Assembly (NCBI GenBank): GCA_048938105.1
Contig: JBHLMN010000017.1
Location: forward strand, 32,001-96,000
DNA from: Promethearchaeota archaeon
GTDB lineage: Archaea; Asgardarchaeota; Heimdallarchaeia; Hodarchaeales; Hodarchaeaceae
DNA: 64,000 nucleotides
Direction of reading: 5' to 3'
The notes under the pieces are model-generated. The model saw nothing but the letters and a program-made list of their open reading frames with translations. It did not search any database and was not told where the DNA came from. Positions 1 through 9,881 of the stretch are shown here, in pieces. How positions within the stretch are numbered: the first letter of the stretch is position 1; each line of letters begins with the position of its first letter. The position numbers and the translations under genes were made by a program.

Positions 1-1125
1 AAATCCAGAGCCAATCCCCAAACCTAACGCGAGAGAGATAAATCCTACCGCAAAATAACGGCCAAGACCATCACGTGGAGATAGATCTGCCCATAAGGAA
101 GAATCTAAAGTTGGATGGAGCAAAGCGAAAGAAAATCCAATTATTAAAGCAGCCACAAGAAAACTATTGGGGTTTTTTTCTAATCCAAAAATTAAGGATG
201 CAAACACTATTCCATAAATTGTAGCTATAATCAAATATTTACGACCAAAGCGATCTGCTATTTGCCCAGCAGGTAATATCATCAATAGATCTCCCAGTAA
301 AACGAAAAACCAGAATGTTTTATCGACTGGAAGATCGAAATTACCAACACCAGGAATACTAATGGGGGGCCAAGAAAAATCCATTAATCCCCCTATTTGT
401 GAAAAACTCGCAATAGATATTCCGAGCATTGTGTATAATAAAATATGTGAAAGCATGTAAGCTCGGACTGACCTTCTTCCTATTATTTTTTCGAATTTTG
501 TTGGCCATTTATCATTTTGCCAAGGAACACCCATATCAAAGGTTAAGAGAAAGAAAACCAATGACAAAATGAGGCCTAACACACCGATAACTAGTAGAAC
601 ACTAATGAAACTATGGCTTAATAATCCACTTTGATATTGATGAGAAAATGCACCTCCCCCTAAGATGCTAACAAGAGTAATAAGAATAAAGAAAAAGATA
701 CCATAAGAGTATATTCTTCCTCGGTACCACATGTCAGTTAAGCCTGCAAACAGGGTCCCACTACTTGTCAGTAATATTCCAAAGAAGAAAGCTAAACTTG
801 TCAAACTAATCATTAATAAGAGACTAACTTCAAAAAAAATAATAAAAACAATAACGGAGATTGAGCTCCCTACCATCCCAATTAATATAGATTTCCTGAG
901 GTAGTCAGGATATTTATCAAGTAATACACCAGTGAAATAAAGCATGAAGATGACCAAGCATAAAATAAATCCTAAAATGATAATTCCAAATCCTGCAAAT
1001 GGATTTGTTTCAGAGGCTTCTACTCTTTCTAAAATATCAAAAGAGTAAATTAAAAGCAGAAGAGAAGCTAACAACCAAGAGAAAATACTCGGTATTACTA
1101 TTGTAAGGATTGTTTTGACTTTCAT
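1..1125 (-). CDS. MFS transporter, paralog of 1231..2859; 3' end runs off the window
   Basis: Not in the ORF track. Hand translation from ATG at 1125: MKVKTILTIVIPSIFSWLLASLLLLIYSFDILERVE...GVLLDKYP...DRFGRK...RYFAVGFISLALGLGIGSGF, collinear with the neighbouring MFS (MKITKIFFIILPT..., DRFGRK, RYNALGF). Confidence 0.85.
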   Translation of the reverse strand, partial: MKVKTILTIVIPSIFSWLLASLLLLIYSFDILERVEASETNPFAGFGIIILGFILCLVIFMLYFTGVLLDKYPDYLRKSILIGMVGSSISVIVFIIFFEVSLLLMISLTSLAFFFGILLTSSGTLFAGLTDMWYRGRIYSYGIFFFILITLVSILGGGAFSHQYQSGLLSHSFISVLLVIGVLGLILSLVFFLLTFDMGVPWQNDKWPTKFEKIIGRRSVRAYMLSHILLYTMLGISIASFSQIGGLMDFSWPPISIPGVGNFDLPVDKTFWFFVLLGDLLMILPAGQIADRFGRKYLIIATIYGIVFASLIFGLEKNPNSFLVAALIIGFSFALLHPTLDSSLWADLSPRDGLGRYFAVGFISLALGLGIGSGF

Positions 1126-1230
1126 TTGACATTCACCTTACTGCATTTATACAATCTATTAATGTTTATTAATTTACTTGAACATGTATTCCTATTTCAG
1201 ATAACAGCAAATTGATCATGGTTTTGACTC

Positions 1231-2859
1231 TCATGGGCTTCCAGAAATTGTTTTAGATGGCAGAAGAGGCCCAAAAACATCTTCAGCTATACTGACCGCA
1301 GGTTCAAAAATACTTGTTTGGCCTATCCATTCATTAATTTCATCGTGATAAGATAAACAAAATCTAGCTAAGAAGGAATTGAGACTATTTTGCAATTCAG
1401 GATCCATTTTATTAGCAAAAATTGTTGCAATAATCTCTTTTTCCTCTGTTCCAGCTTTAGCTTGAACAGTAACTACTTTTCCATGGCGGACAAGATCTAA
1501 GACAGCTGGTTGTTTACTCAATCCTTCAAAAAATGTACTAATAGCTGATAACGCTCCCGCAACTAGTGTTAAATCTTTCTGTGTAATTTTACTTTGTTCT
1601 GGTCGATCAAAATCGTAATTAAACATACATATCCCACTTGAAGCAACAAGTAAAAGGTAAATATCTAGAGGTTCAAAGGAATCTGCTACAAAAAATAGTG
1701 GGAATAATCCAAGAATAGCAGATCCGAAAAGAACATAACTGATTGTACTGGGATGCAATGGAAGTATGAAAAGGCCAACGATTAATCCAAAACCAACTCC
1801 TTGCAGCAAAAATATGAAACCTAATGCATTATAACGCCCTACCGAGTCAAGAGGGCTTAAGTCACACCAAACTGCACTATCAAGAGAAGGGTGAATAGTT
1901 GAAAAACATACCCCTAACAAATATGCAGCGAAATAAAACATCAACGGATCTTCACTAATTCCTACAATTAATGCTGCAATAACAACTACATAGAAACCCA
2001 TTACGATTAGATTCTTTCGTCCAAAACGGTCAGAAAACCATCCCATTGGAATAACACAGATTAAATCACCAAAGAACACAATAATCCAAAATAATGTTGT
2101 TTGATCCAGTTGGAACTCTCCAAAGGATGGAAGTTTAATAATAAAATCAGGATAACGTAAATGACCTATTTGGGAGATTGCAGCGAAAGCAACACCAAGC
2201 ATGAAGTAAATAAAGAAGTGAGCAAGCAAATAAGCTTTGATGGATCTACGATTTATTATATGTCTGATTGGCGTGGGAAATACATCATTCACCCAAGGGG
2301 ACACTGAGCGAGAAATATAATAGAAGATTGGTACTGCAAGAATCGCTATCAAACCGATGATAATTAATGGAATTCGAGTATCCAGTTGAAAAAGCTCAAC
2401 ATAAATAATAATGATTAAAGATAACATTGCACTGATAAATAAGGCTACAGCATAAATTCGACCTCGATGGTGAACATCTGTATAGGCCGTATAAAGTGCA
2501 CCAGCCCCTGTTGCCAATATCCCAAGGCATATACCAAGACCTGGTAGCCCTATTAGAAGAAAGATAACAAAATTAACACCTAGAATTGTTAAAAAGAGAC
2601 AAATGCCACTCATTAACAGAGATCCAGTAATTAAAGGTCTCAGTATTTGTGGATTCTTGTCTATTACATGTCCCGAACTATATAGAGAAATAGTAGCAAA
2701 GCATGTCGTTATAAATAGAATAACCACCCCTGGACTAGATATGCTCTGTTCTACATTTATTTCTAGCAAATCAAAAGCATAAACTAAGAGAAATGGAGCT
2801 GTAACTAGCCATACGATGGTAGTGGGTAATATAATAAAGAAAATCTTAGTGATTTTCAT
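1231..2859 (-). CDS. MFS transporter with C-terminal longin-like soluble domain
   Basis: About 12 hydrophobic segments and MFS motif A (GWFSDRFGRK). The last ~140 aa are soluble: LLLVASSGICMFNYDF...DLTLVAGALSAISTFFE...FLARFCLSY...F, the pattern of Asgard longin-like domains. Confidence 0.8.
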   Translation of the reverse strand: MKITKIFFIILPTTIVWLVTAPFLLVYAFDLLEINVEQSISSPGVVILFITTCFATISLYSSGHVIDKNPQILRPLITGSLLMSGICLFLTILGVNFVIFLLIGLPGLGICLGILATGAGALYTAYTDVHHRGRIYAVALFISAMLSLIIIIYVELFQLDTRIPLIIIGLIAILAVPIFYYISRSVSPWVNDVFPTPIRHIINRRSIKAYLLAHFFIYFMLGVAFAAISQIGHLRYPDFIIKLPSFGEFQLDQTTLFWIIVFFGDLICVIPMGWFSDRFGRKNLIVMGFYVVVIAALIVGISEDPLMFYFAAYLLGVCFSTIHPSLDSAVWCDLSPLDSVGRYNALGFIFLLQGVGFGLIVGLFILPLHPSTISYVLFGSAILGLFPLFFVADSFEPLDIYLLLVASSGICMFNYDFDRPEQSKITQKDLTLVAGALSAISTFFEGLSKQPAVLDLVRHGKVVTVQAKAGTEEKEIIATIFANKMDPELQNSLNSFLARFCLSYHDEINEWIGQTSIFEPAVSIAEDVFGPLLPSKTISGSP

Positions 2860-3105
2860 TGATATTCTACCATGAATTTTTTCAGTACAACTAAATTCTA
2901 ATTAAAAAATGCTTCTCATACTAATACATAATGCTTTAGAGAAACTTTGATTTGAAGGAAATGAGGATTCTTAACTCTTAGAAAATAACATGCATAGATA
3001 TTTGAATTGACATCTCAAGAAAAACTGGTTTGAAAGAGAGCTTCAAGAAAGAAACAATCAAAGAATTATTTTTAAAATTCATGAAATCATCAAGCTAAAA
3101 ACATT

Positions 3106-4323
3106 TTGGATAAGATCATCTTGACAAGTATTGAGAAAACTATTGAAATGGTTGATACTGACAGATTATATAAGCACTTACTCTCTCTTGAAGGTGTTAG
3201 ACACGCGCTTGACTCTTACGATACTTTAATTCAAGCTAGCAATTATATTGAGAAAACACTACAGCAAAGTAACATAAAAATAAATAGACACTTTTTCCCT
3301 GTTAAAGGATTAAAGAAAGAGTTTTTCAACATTGAAGGACTGTTAGGAGAACGAATGGATTTAACTCAACCTACACTATTGATAACTAGTCATTACGACA
3401 CGGTTTATTCTACTCCTGGTGCTGATGATAACGCAAGTGGAGTAGCAGTCATGCTTGAAGTAGCTCGTGTTCTTCACGAAATAGATTATAAAAAGAATGT
3501 TATTTTCGTAAGCTTTAACTTAGAAGAATTCTCCCCTAGTTTACAAAAGCCAATAAGAGCGCTTGGTACCCAATATGGGGTTTTTGACGAAGAATTCCGT
3601 TATATTTCTTGGCCCCTAAAGAAATACGCGGATCAATTTAAGAAGTTGATAATTTCATCAGGTCCAGCAAAACCTTACCTTGATGAGGAGAACTGGCGAA
3701 AGTTTGAAGAAAAGGCAAAACAAGAATTAAACGGAACGGAACTTATATTCTTTAAGAAACAGAATGAAATATTTCGCGAGTCAGCTCAAGATGATCCCTT
3801 CGGTAAAAGCTTTTGTTTGGGTAGTGATGCGTATTCAAAATATGTATTCAAAAGTAAAATGACTGCAAAAGGAGTTATTAATCTGGAGTCAGTAGGTTTT
3901 GTGTCTATTGAACCTCATTCTCAACGTTTACCCCAAGGTATAAGTCTAGACATGTTCAAAACCCATAGCACTGATCATGATAGAATGATCGGGAATTATA
4001 TTACTGTTATAGGAGATGAAAACTCTCAAAATCTTTCAGATGCTTTTTTCGAATCATCGCAACATAAATCGATTAATCTTCCTTGTGCTAGTCTGAATGT
4101 TCCTTTAGATTATGAAGGAATTAAACAAACTATGCCAGACCTATTAAGAAGCGATCATGCTCCTTTCTGGAGATATAGTATTCCTGCAATAATGGTAACT
4201 GATACAGCTAATTTTCGAAATCCATACTATCATACGGGTGGAGATACAATAAATACTATAAATTTTCCTTTTATGAAGAAAATTTGTCAAACAACCCTCG
4301 CTACAATAATCAAATTACTTTAA
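3106..4323 (+). CDS. M28 family metallopeptidase
   Basis: SHYDT, PGADDNASG, FNLEE, SDHAPF and YYHT motifs. Confidence 0.9.
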   Translation: MDKIILTSIEKTIEMVDTDRLYKHLLSLEGVRHALDSYDTLIQASNYIEKTLQQSNIKINRHFFPVKGLKKEFFNIEGLLGERMDLTQPTLLITSHYDTVYSTPGADDNASGVAVMLEVARVLHEIDYKKNVIFVSFNLEEFSPSLQKPIRALGTQYGVFDEEFRYISWPLKKYADQFKKLIISSGPAKPYLDEENWRKFEEKAKQELNGTELIFFKKQNEIFRESAQDDPFGKSFCLGSDAYSKYVFKSKMTAKGVINLESVGFVSIEPHSQRLPQGISLDMFKTHSTDHDRMIGNYITVIGDENSQNLSDAFFESSQHKSINLPCASLNVPLDYEGIKQTMPDLLRSDHAPFWRYSIPAIMVTDTANFRNPYYHTGGDTINTINFPFMKKICQTTLATIIKLL

Positions 4324-4401
4324 ACCTTTAATGAAAAGAATTGAACTGATAATGTCCATTTTAGAATATTAGAAGGGGTAATAGCATTTAAAGATGAAGA
4401 G

Positions 4402-6096
4402 ATGATAGAAATGAAAAAGACTCCGATCACTTTAATTAAGCTTGGTGGAAGTATAATAACTTATAAAAAAGATAGGCTTCGTATTGAACAATATTTAGGT
4501 AAAATAGATAGTGTCTTATCAGGTAAAGGCTCACTAGAAGAATTAACAAAAACGATTTCAGATTTAGTAAACTTTCAAAACCTAAATAAAATTCTAAATA
4601 TTCTCTCTTCCTTTATAGCCCAAAATCCCCCAAAAAAAATCGCATTGATTCATGGAGCGGGCTCAATTGGTCATTCATTAGTTTTACACTTATTAAAGAA
4701 ACATACAGATTTAGAATCTGATTATCCAATCATTAAACTTGCTGTGGCGATTCAAAATCAAATAATTGTTTCTGAGGCTATGAAATACGGCATTAATGCT
4801 ATTTCCTTTCCTTCTCATTCTATTTTTACAGGTGTACATACCCAAGATATTTCTACAAACAAAGCTGATGCTTCAGATTTAAAAGTATTTGAACAGATAA
4901 TTACTAAGACTACTGCTATTCCGATTTTTTTCGGAGATGTAGGTTACACTCCTAACGGATGGAAAGTCTTCTCTGGAGATATTATTCCTGCCGCTCTAAC
5001 GAGACGCCTTAAAAATACTTTTCTCGATTCAGTCATTTTTTTAACCAATGTTGAAGAAAAGCGTACTGGAATATATACTAAAGATCCTAGCCTTAATGAT
5101 GCGGAATTTATTGCATATATCGAAGTTGATGCTGACAAGGTAAAGTGTTATAATCCTAAAAATGAGATTCTATCATTCCAAGGAGGAGAAACCAAAGGAG
5201 ATTTTGATGTCACTGATGCGATGGGAGGCAAGCTTCGCAACCTTACTGAATTAGCGAATACTCAGGTAAAATGCTGGGTTGTTGGTATCAATGAATTCGT
5301 CCAAGCGTTGGACGAAAAAAATGTTGGTACAAGAGTTTTCCCAAAGAGAAAACCCCAAATAAATGTTGTATTTTTGGGGACAGGTGATGCCTTTGGATCA
5401 GGTGGAGGTAAAAGTGCCTCTGTTTTTGTTAAGATCGGAACAAAAGGGATTTTATTAGATTGTGGACCCCATTCTTTACAGGCTTTAAAAGAATCAGGTA
5501 GATCTACCAATGATGTTGATATAATCATTATTTCCCATTTTCATGGAGATCACCTAGGAGGAGTCCCTTTCTTTCTATTAGAAGCTAGTGTCCTACAAAA
5601 AAGAGATAAAGTCTTAACTATAATTGGCCCTCCAAACATAAACAGAAAAGTTACCAATCTTTACTCTGCTCTATATGAAGCTATTGCAGAAAAAGAGCTA
5701 CCTTTTCCATGTGAATTCCGAAGTATAAAGCCATCTAATTCCTCATTAGAGCTGAATGGTATAACAATCCAACCTTTTAAAATGCTTCATACACCAGAAG
5801 CTCAAGGATATAGAGTTGAAACAAGAGAAAGATCTATAGCGTATTCAGGTGATACTGGTTGGACAGATGAATTGGTACCTCTTGTCAAAAATACACAGCT
5901 AGCGATTATGGAATGTAATTTTTTAGACAGTGAACATGAAATTCATCTAAACTATCATCAATTGAAAAAACTTCAATCACTAACCGATAGAATGGCTCTC
6001 ATTCACTTAGGAGTAGAAGTAATAGACAGAGCTTTTATATTAAAAAGAGATAAAAATATATTTATTCCTTTAGAAGGCCAGGAAATATGGATATAA
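4402..6096 (+). CDS. Isopentenyl phosphate kinase-like (amino acid kinase fold) fused to RNase Z/PhnP-like metallo-beta-lactamase hydrolase
   Basis: N-terminal IKLGGSIIT, HGAGSIGH, PIFFGDV, FSGD, DVTDAMGGK; C-terminal FLGTG, LLDCG, SHFHGDH, YSGDT, ECN, H and LIH motifs. Confidence 0.75.
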   Translation: MIEMKKTPITLIKLGGSIITYKKDRLRIEQYLGKIDSVLSGKGSLEELTKTISDLVNFQNLNKILNILSSFIAQNPPKKIALIHGAGSIGHSLVLHLLKKHTDLESDYPIIKLAVAIQNQIIVSEAMKYGINAISFPSHSIFTGVHTQDISTNKADASDLKVFEQIITKTTAIPIFFGDVGYTPNGWKVFSGDIIPAALTRRLKNTFLDSVIFLTNVEEKRTGIYTKDPSLNDAEFIAYIEVDADKVKCYNPKNEILSFQGGETKGDFDVTDAMGGKLRNLTELANTQVKCWVVGINEFVQALDEKNVGTRVFPKRKPQINVVFLGTGDAFGSGGGKSASVFVKIGTKGILLDCGPHSLQALKESGRSTNDVDIIIISHFHGDHLGGVPFFLLEASVLQKRDKVLTIIGPPNINRKVTNLYSALYEAIAEKELPFPCEFRSIKPSNSSLELNGITIQPFKMLHTPEAQGYRVETRERSIAYSGDTGWTDELVPLVKNTQLAIMECNFLDSEHEIHLNYHQLKKLQSLTDRMALIHLGVEVIDRAFILKRDKNIFIPLEGQEIWI

Positions 6097-6124
6097 TTTC
6101 GCGCTGATGGAGTGGCAAAAAAAT

Positions 6125-6397
6125 TTATCTGTCCTTACCTATCGGTTGAGTTTCAATCAATCGCCATAAAATGTTCCGTCTTTCTCCACCTTTAGCTGGA
6201 ACAACTTCATATGAGATTTTACCGTCTATTCGCATTTGAGTCAGAACCATAGGAATACGGTCTGCACAATCTTGATTAAAGATACTTACTCGTTCGATAA
6301 TTTCAATTGTAGTTGCCTCTCCTAGGTCTTTCAATACTATCTCAATCCACTTTTCTGTACCAGACAGATCTTTTTCTGATTCCAAACCTCGTTTCAC
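6125..6397 (-). CDS. Small hypothetical protein, possibly winged-helix
   Basis: 90 aa ORF; helix-helix-helix then beta hairpin pattern (LGEATTIEI...LTQMRIDGKI...ILWRL). Confidence 0.55.
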   Translation of the reverse strand: MKRGLESEKDLSGTEKWIEIVLKDLGEATTIEIIERVSIFNQDCADRIPMVLTQMRIDGKISYEVVPAKGGERRNILWRLIETQPIGKDR

Positions 6398-6643
6398 CAG
6401 AGTAAGTATTCCAACAATTTCTTTTGATCAATATAAAAAGAATTTTTTTGACTTGGAAATATTCCTTTTTTTCTTTAGATGGGAGAGAAAAAGAGTAGTA
6501 AGGCTAATACCTAAATGGAATTTAAAAAATACATGTCATCTGTTCATATTCAAGTTTTTTTTTTGATTCTATTAAAATCTTCTCAAGATTGTAAAGAAAA
6601 ACTTTTGAAATAGTGTTGTAATGCTGTAATATATATTTTTAAT

Positions 6644-7258
6644 ATGTATTATTTGATCAATCATTACGGGACATCTTTAAAAATTGGAGATAGCAGTTTG
6701 GCAAAAGGTAAGGAAATTAAACACATTTTGAAACTTTTACTCCTTGGAGACGGAGCAGTAGGAAAAACTTCATTGATTCTAAGGTTTATTGAGAATCGAT
6801 TTTCCGAAGATTATCAAATGAGTCTAGGTGTTAATTTCCTAACGAAAACTGTCACGTTTATTGATACAAAGAACGTAAAACGAATCGCTTCATTACAAGT
6901 TTGGGACATAGCTGGACAAGCAAGACATGTTTCATATTCTCATCTCTACTTAAAAGGAGCTTTAGGTGCTTTCTATGTGTTTGACTTGACACGTCGTGAA
7001 ACACTTCTTCAAATGCAGGAAAGGTGGCAAGCACAAGTATTGAGAGTCTCACCACAGTGCCTGTCCATTCTCATTGGAAATAAGGCTGATTTAGAGAAGG
7101 ATCGGGCTTTATCAACATCTCAATCAAGGAAGATTCACGAAGCTATGCATGCCATCGATTACATCGAAACCTCTGCAAAAACTGGGGAAAACGTTAATCA
7201 AGCTTTTCAGACCATGACAACAAGGATACTGAATGTTACTGCAAAGAAATTTTTATGA
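6644..7258 (+). CDS. Rab-like small GTPase (start may be TTG at 6698)
   Basis: G1 GDGAVGKT, G3 WDIAGQ, G4 NKAD, G5 ETSAK; GGAGA precedes TTG 6698. Confidence 0.92.
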   Translation: MYYLINHYGTSLKIGDSSLAKGKEIKHILKLLLLGDGAVGKTSLILRFIENRFSEDYQMSLGVNFLTKTVTFIDTKNVKRIASLQVWDIAGQARHVSYSHLYLKGALGAFYVFDLTRRETLLQMQERWQAQVLRVSPQCLSILIGNKADLEKDRALSTSQSRKIHEAMHAIDYIETSAKTGENVNQAFQTMTTRILNVTAKKFL

Positions 7259-7268
7259 GGAGTTGATA

Positions 7269-8039
7269 ATGACACTAGAGAAGTTTAAAACAATTAAGGC
7301 TTTCTTTATCTTCGAAAAAGAGACGGGGAATACACTATTTACCCGCTCATATGAAAAAAAAGATACAACAACTCCTGATGCCCATCTTGTAGTGGCTTTT
7401 TTAACAGCGATGTTCTCCTTCGCAAAATCGTCGTCATTAAGTGAGCTTCGAGTTGTAGATATGACTGATCTCCGTTTCTCGTTCATCGAAAGAGGGGATT
7501 TAGTGTTCGCTATCTTAGCTTCACCACTTGTGAGTCCTTTGGACTTACAGTTCAAATTAACTACTATTGCGAGTTTATTTTTGGCAGAATATGGGTCTCA
7601 ATTAGAAGAAATACAACTTGTTGATACAGAGCTATTTGAAGCATTCAAAAATCATGTAGATGAAGTTTTCTTAGGTGAAACTCGCGAGATGTTAACCAGT
7701 TCAAAGAATGCTGCATTATTTTATCTTAAAAAATTAGTACAACAAAAAAGCATTGGCGCCCGAGGAGCAATGATTGTTTCTTTCACTGGTGACATTTTAC
7801 TTGAATATAAAATGGATCAAACACGAATGGAAGGAGCGATTCGCATGTTGAATGTTTCAACATATATGAGGAATTTACGTTACTTAGTCGTTTCTTCAGA
7901 AGCAACTAATCTGGTTGCATACAAAATTAGCGAAGGATTATTGCTGTATGTTGATGGAGATCCTACCTCTGGATTAGAAAACCTCGTTGTTAAAGTCTCT
8001 GAAACAGTCAGAAAAGTGAAAGAGATCATTCCTCATTAG
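7269..8039 (+). CDS. Longin-like domain plus roadblock-like domain protein
   Basis: ATG 7269 follows GAGGAG, 10 nt after the GTPase stop. N-half FIFEKETGNTLFTRSY...DAHLVVAFLTAMFSF is longin-like; C-half GARGAMIVSFTGDILL is roadblock-like. Confidence 0.7.
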   Translation: MTLEKFKTIKAFFIFEKETGNTLFTRSYEKKDTTTPDAHLVVAFLTAMFSFAKSSSLSELRVVDMTDLRFSFIERGDLVFAILASPLVSPLDLQFKLTTIASLFLAEYGSQLEEIQLVDTELFEAFKNHVDEVFLGETREMLTSSKNAALFYLKKLVQQKSIGARGAMIVSFTGDILLEYKMDQTRMEGAIRMLNVSTYMRNLRYLVVSSEATNLVAYKISEGLLLYVDGDPTSGLENLVVKVSETVRKVKEIIPH

Positions 8040-8086
8040 ACTCTTAGATTATCAAATCAAATCTACCAAAAAGAGGGTCAAAAACA

Positions 8087-8551
8087 TTGATTATGTTTTT
8101 GCATGCACGAAAAGAAGATCTCCTCTACATTGAATCAATTATAAATGAAGCTTACAAGCCTATAGCTGAAACCTTATCCCGCCCACCTGGAGTATTAGAT
8201 AATACAGCTCAAAAGCTAAATTACACTCTCGAAAATGATAGATTATATGCAATATATGAAAAACAAGACCTAATTGGAACTTTTTCTTTAGCTCTAACAG
8301 ACAAGAAAACAGTAAAGTTGTTTCACTTTGCTATTAAACCTCAATTTCAAAACAAAGGCTTCGGAAGTTGGGTTGTTAAAGAGGTTATAAAATTGATTCA
8401 ACAAGACATACCTACAGCAATAGGAATCGAACTAGAAATCTATTCAAAAACCCCAAGTCTTCTTCGATTCTATAAAAGATTCGGACTCACACGAATTGGA
8501 GAAAAACATATTAGAGGAGAAAAAATCATAATCCTTGGGAAAAATTTCTAG
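8087..8551 (+). CDS. GNAT family N-acetyltransferase
   Basis: FAIKPQFQNKGFGS acetyl-CoA motif; RFYKRFG. Confidence 0.85.
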   Translation: MIMFLHARKEDLLYIESIINEAYKPIAETLSRPPGVLDNTAQKLNYTLENDRLYAIYEKQDLIGTFSLALTDKKTVKLFHFAIKPQFQNKGFGSWVVKEVIKLIQQDIPTAIGIELEIYSKTPSLLRFYKRFGLTRIGEKHIRGEKIIILGKNF

Positions 8552-8692
8552 TTTATACATGATAATTTCTCGTACAGGAAGAGTAGAATTCTAAAATGAA
8601 CATCTTATCTTTTTTGTCATCAAATGTACTCTATTTAATGATGATAATTATTATCTATTAGATGCAATAAAAATGACCATAAGTGAAATAAA

Positions 8693-9775
8693 ATGAACAG
8701 AACTAAATTAGAAAGCATCAAGTTCCTTCAAAAAGAACTCTCTGAACTCATCGGAGTTAGTGGTCATGAAAAACCAGTTATAGAATTTATCCAAAGCCAA
8801 ATCGAAGGATTAGCGGATAAAATATGGATTGATCCTCTTGGATCCCTCTTAGCAATTAAAGAGGGAAATGAAGGTAAAGAAAGAATCATGATTGACGCTC
8901 ATGCTGACGAAATTGGTTTCATGGTCAGCTATATTGAACCTAGAGGAGGTTTTTTGCGTTTTGTACCCATAGGAGGTTGGGATACGCGGATTCTTTTAGG
9001 ACAAGCAGTCAAAATTCTTACAAATGATGGAAACATATATCATGGTATTATTGGTTCAAAACCAATTCACTTAACAACAGAAAGTGAACGGAAAAGCGCA
9101 GTTAAGACAAATGACATGTATATTGATACAGGTATGTCTACTAAGGAGGAAGTAAAGTCCTGTGGAATTCATATAGGCACTATTGGTACCCTTTACGATC
9201 CTTTTGTTGAATTTCCAAATAATATGGTAAGAGGTAAAGCTTTTGATGACAGAACTGGAGTTAATGTTTTAATTCACATTATACGGGAATTCGCAGAAAC
9301 AACACCTTCAGATACCGTACTATTCAGTTTTTCTATGGGTGAGGAGATAGGAGGAAGAGGAGCAGGACCAGCAGCTTTCTCCTTGGATCCCACTATGGCT
9401 TTAGCCATCGAAAACACCACGGCAGCAGATGTTCCTGGAATTAAAAAATCGGAATGCCCTGCGTATATTGGAAAAGGACCAGCAATTTCAGTTGCTGATA
9501 GGAGCTTGATTGCACATCCCTTCGTTAATCAGAGACTGATAGAAAATGCTAAGCATGAGAACATTCCATACCATATAAAAAAGCCACTTTTTGGTGGTAC
9601 AAACGCTGGAAGGATCCATCAGATAAGGAGTGGAATACCCTCTTCAGTGGTGTCGGTTCCATGTCGATATATACACTCACCAACATCTCTATTATCTTTA
9701 GAAGATATTTTTCATACTATTCGGCTTATATCAGCATTTATTCGCAATCCCGCAAATGTTCTCAGCAGCCCTTGA
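8693..9775 (+). CDS. M42 family (TET-like) aminopeptidase
   Basis: GVSGHE, AHADEIG, IGGWD, KAFDDRTG, GEEIG, RYIHSP. Confidence 0.92.
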   Translation: MNRTKLESIKFLQKELSELIGVSGHEKPVIEFIQSQIEGLADKIWIDPLGSLLAIKEGNEGKERIMIDAHADEIGFMVSYIEPRGGFLRFVPIGGWDTRILLGQAVKILTNDGNIYHGIIGSKPIHLTTESERKSAVKTNDMYIDTGMSTKEEVKSCGIHIGTIGTLYDPFVEFPNNMVRGKAFDDRTGVNVLIHIIREFAETTPSDTVLFSFSMGEEIGGRGAGPAAFSLDPTMALAIENTTAADVPGIKKSECPAYIGKGPAISVADRSLIAHPFVNQRLIENAKHENIPYHIKKPLFGGTNAGRIHQIRSGIPSSVVSVPCRYIHSPTSLLSLEDIFHTIRLISAFIRNPANVLSSP

Positions 9776-9881
9776 ACATTTATTTGTATTGACTAAATAA
9801 AGAAATGAAGCAATTGGCTTAGGGTAAAGATATATATGTTGGACTGTAGTATGGAGACTAGATTCACATATTCGTGATATC

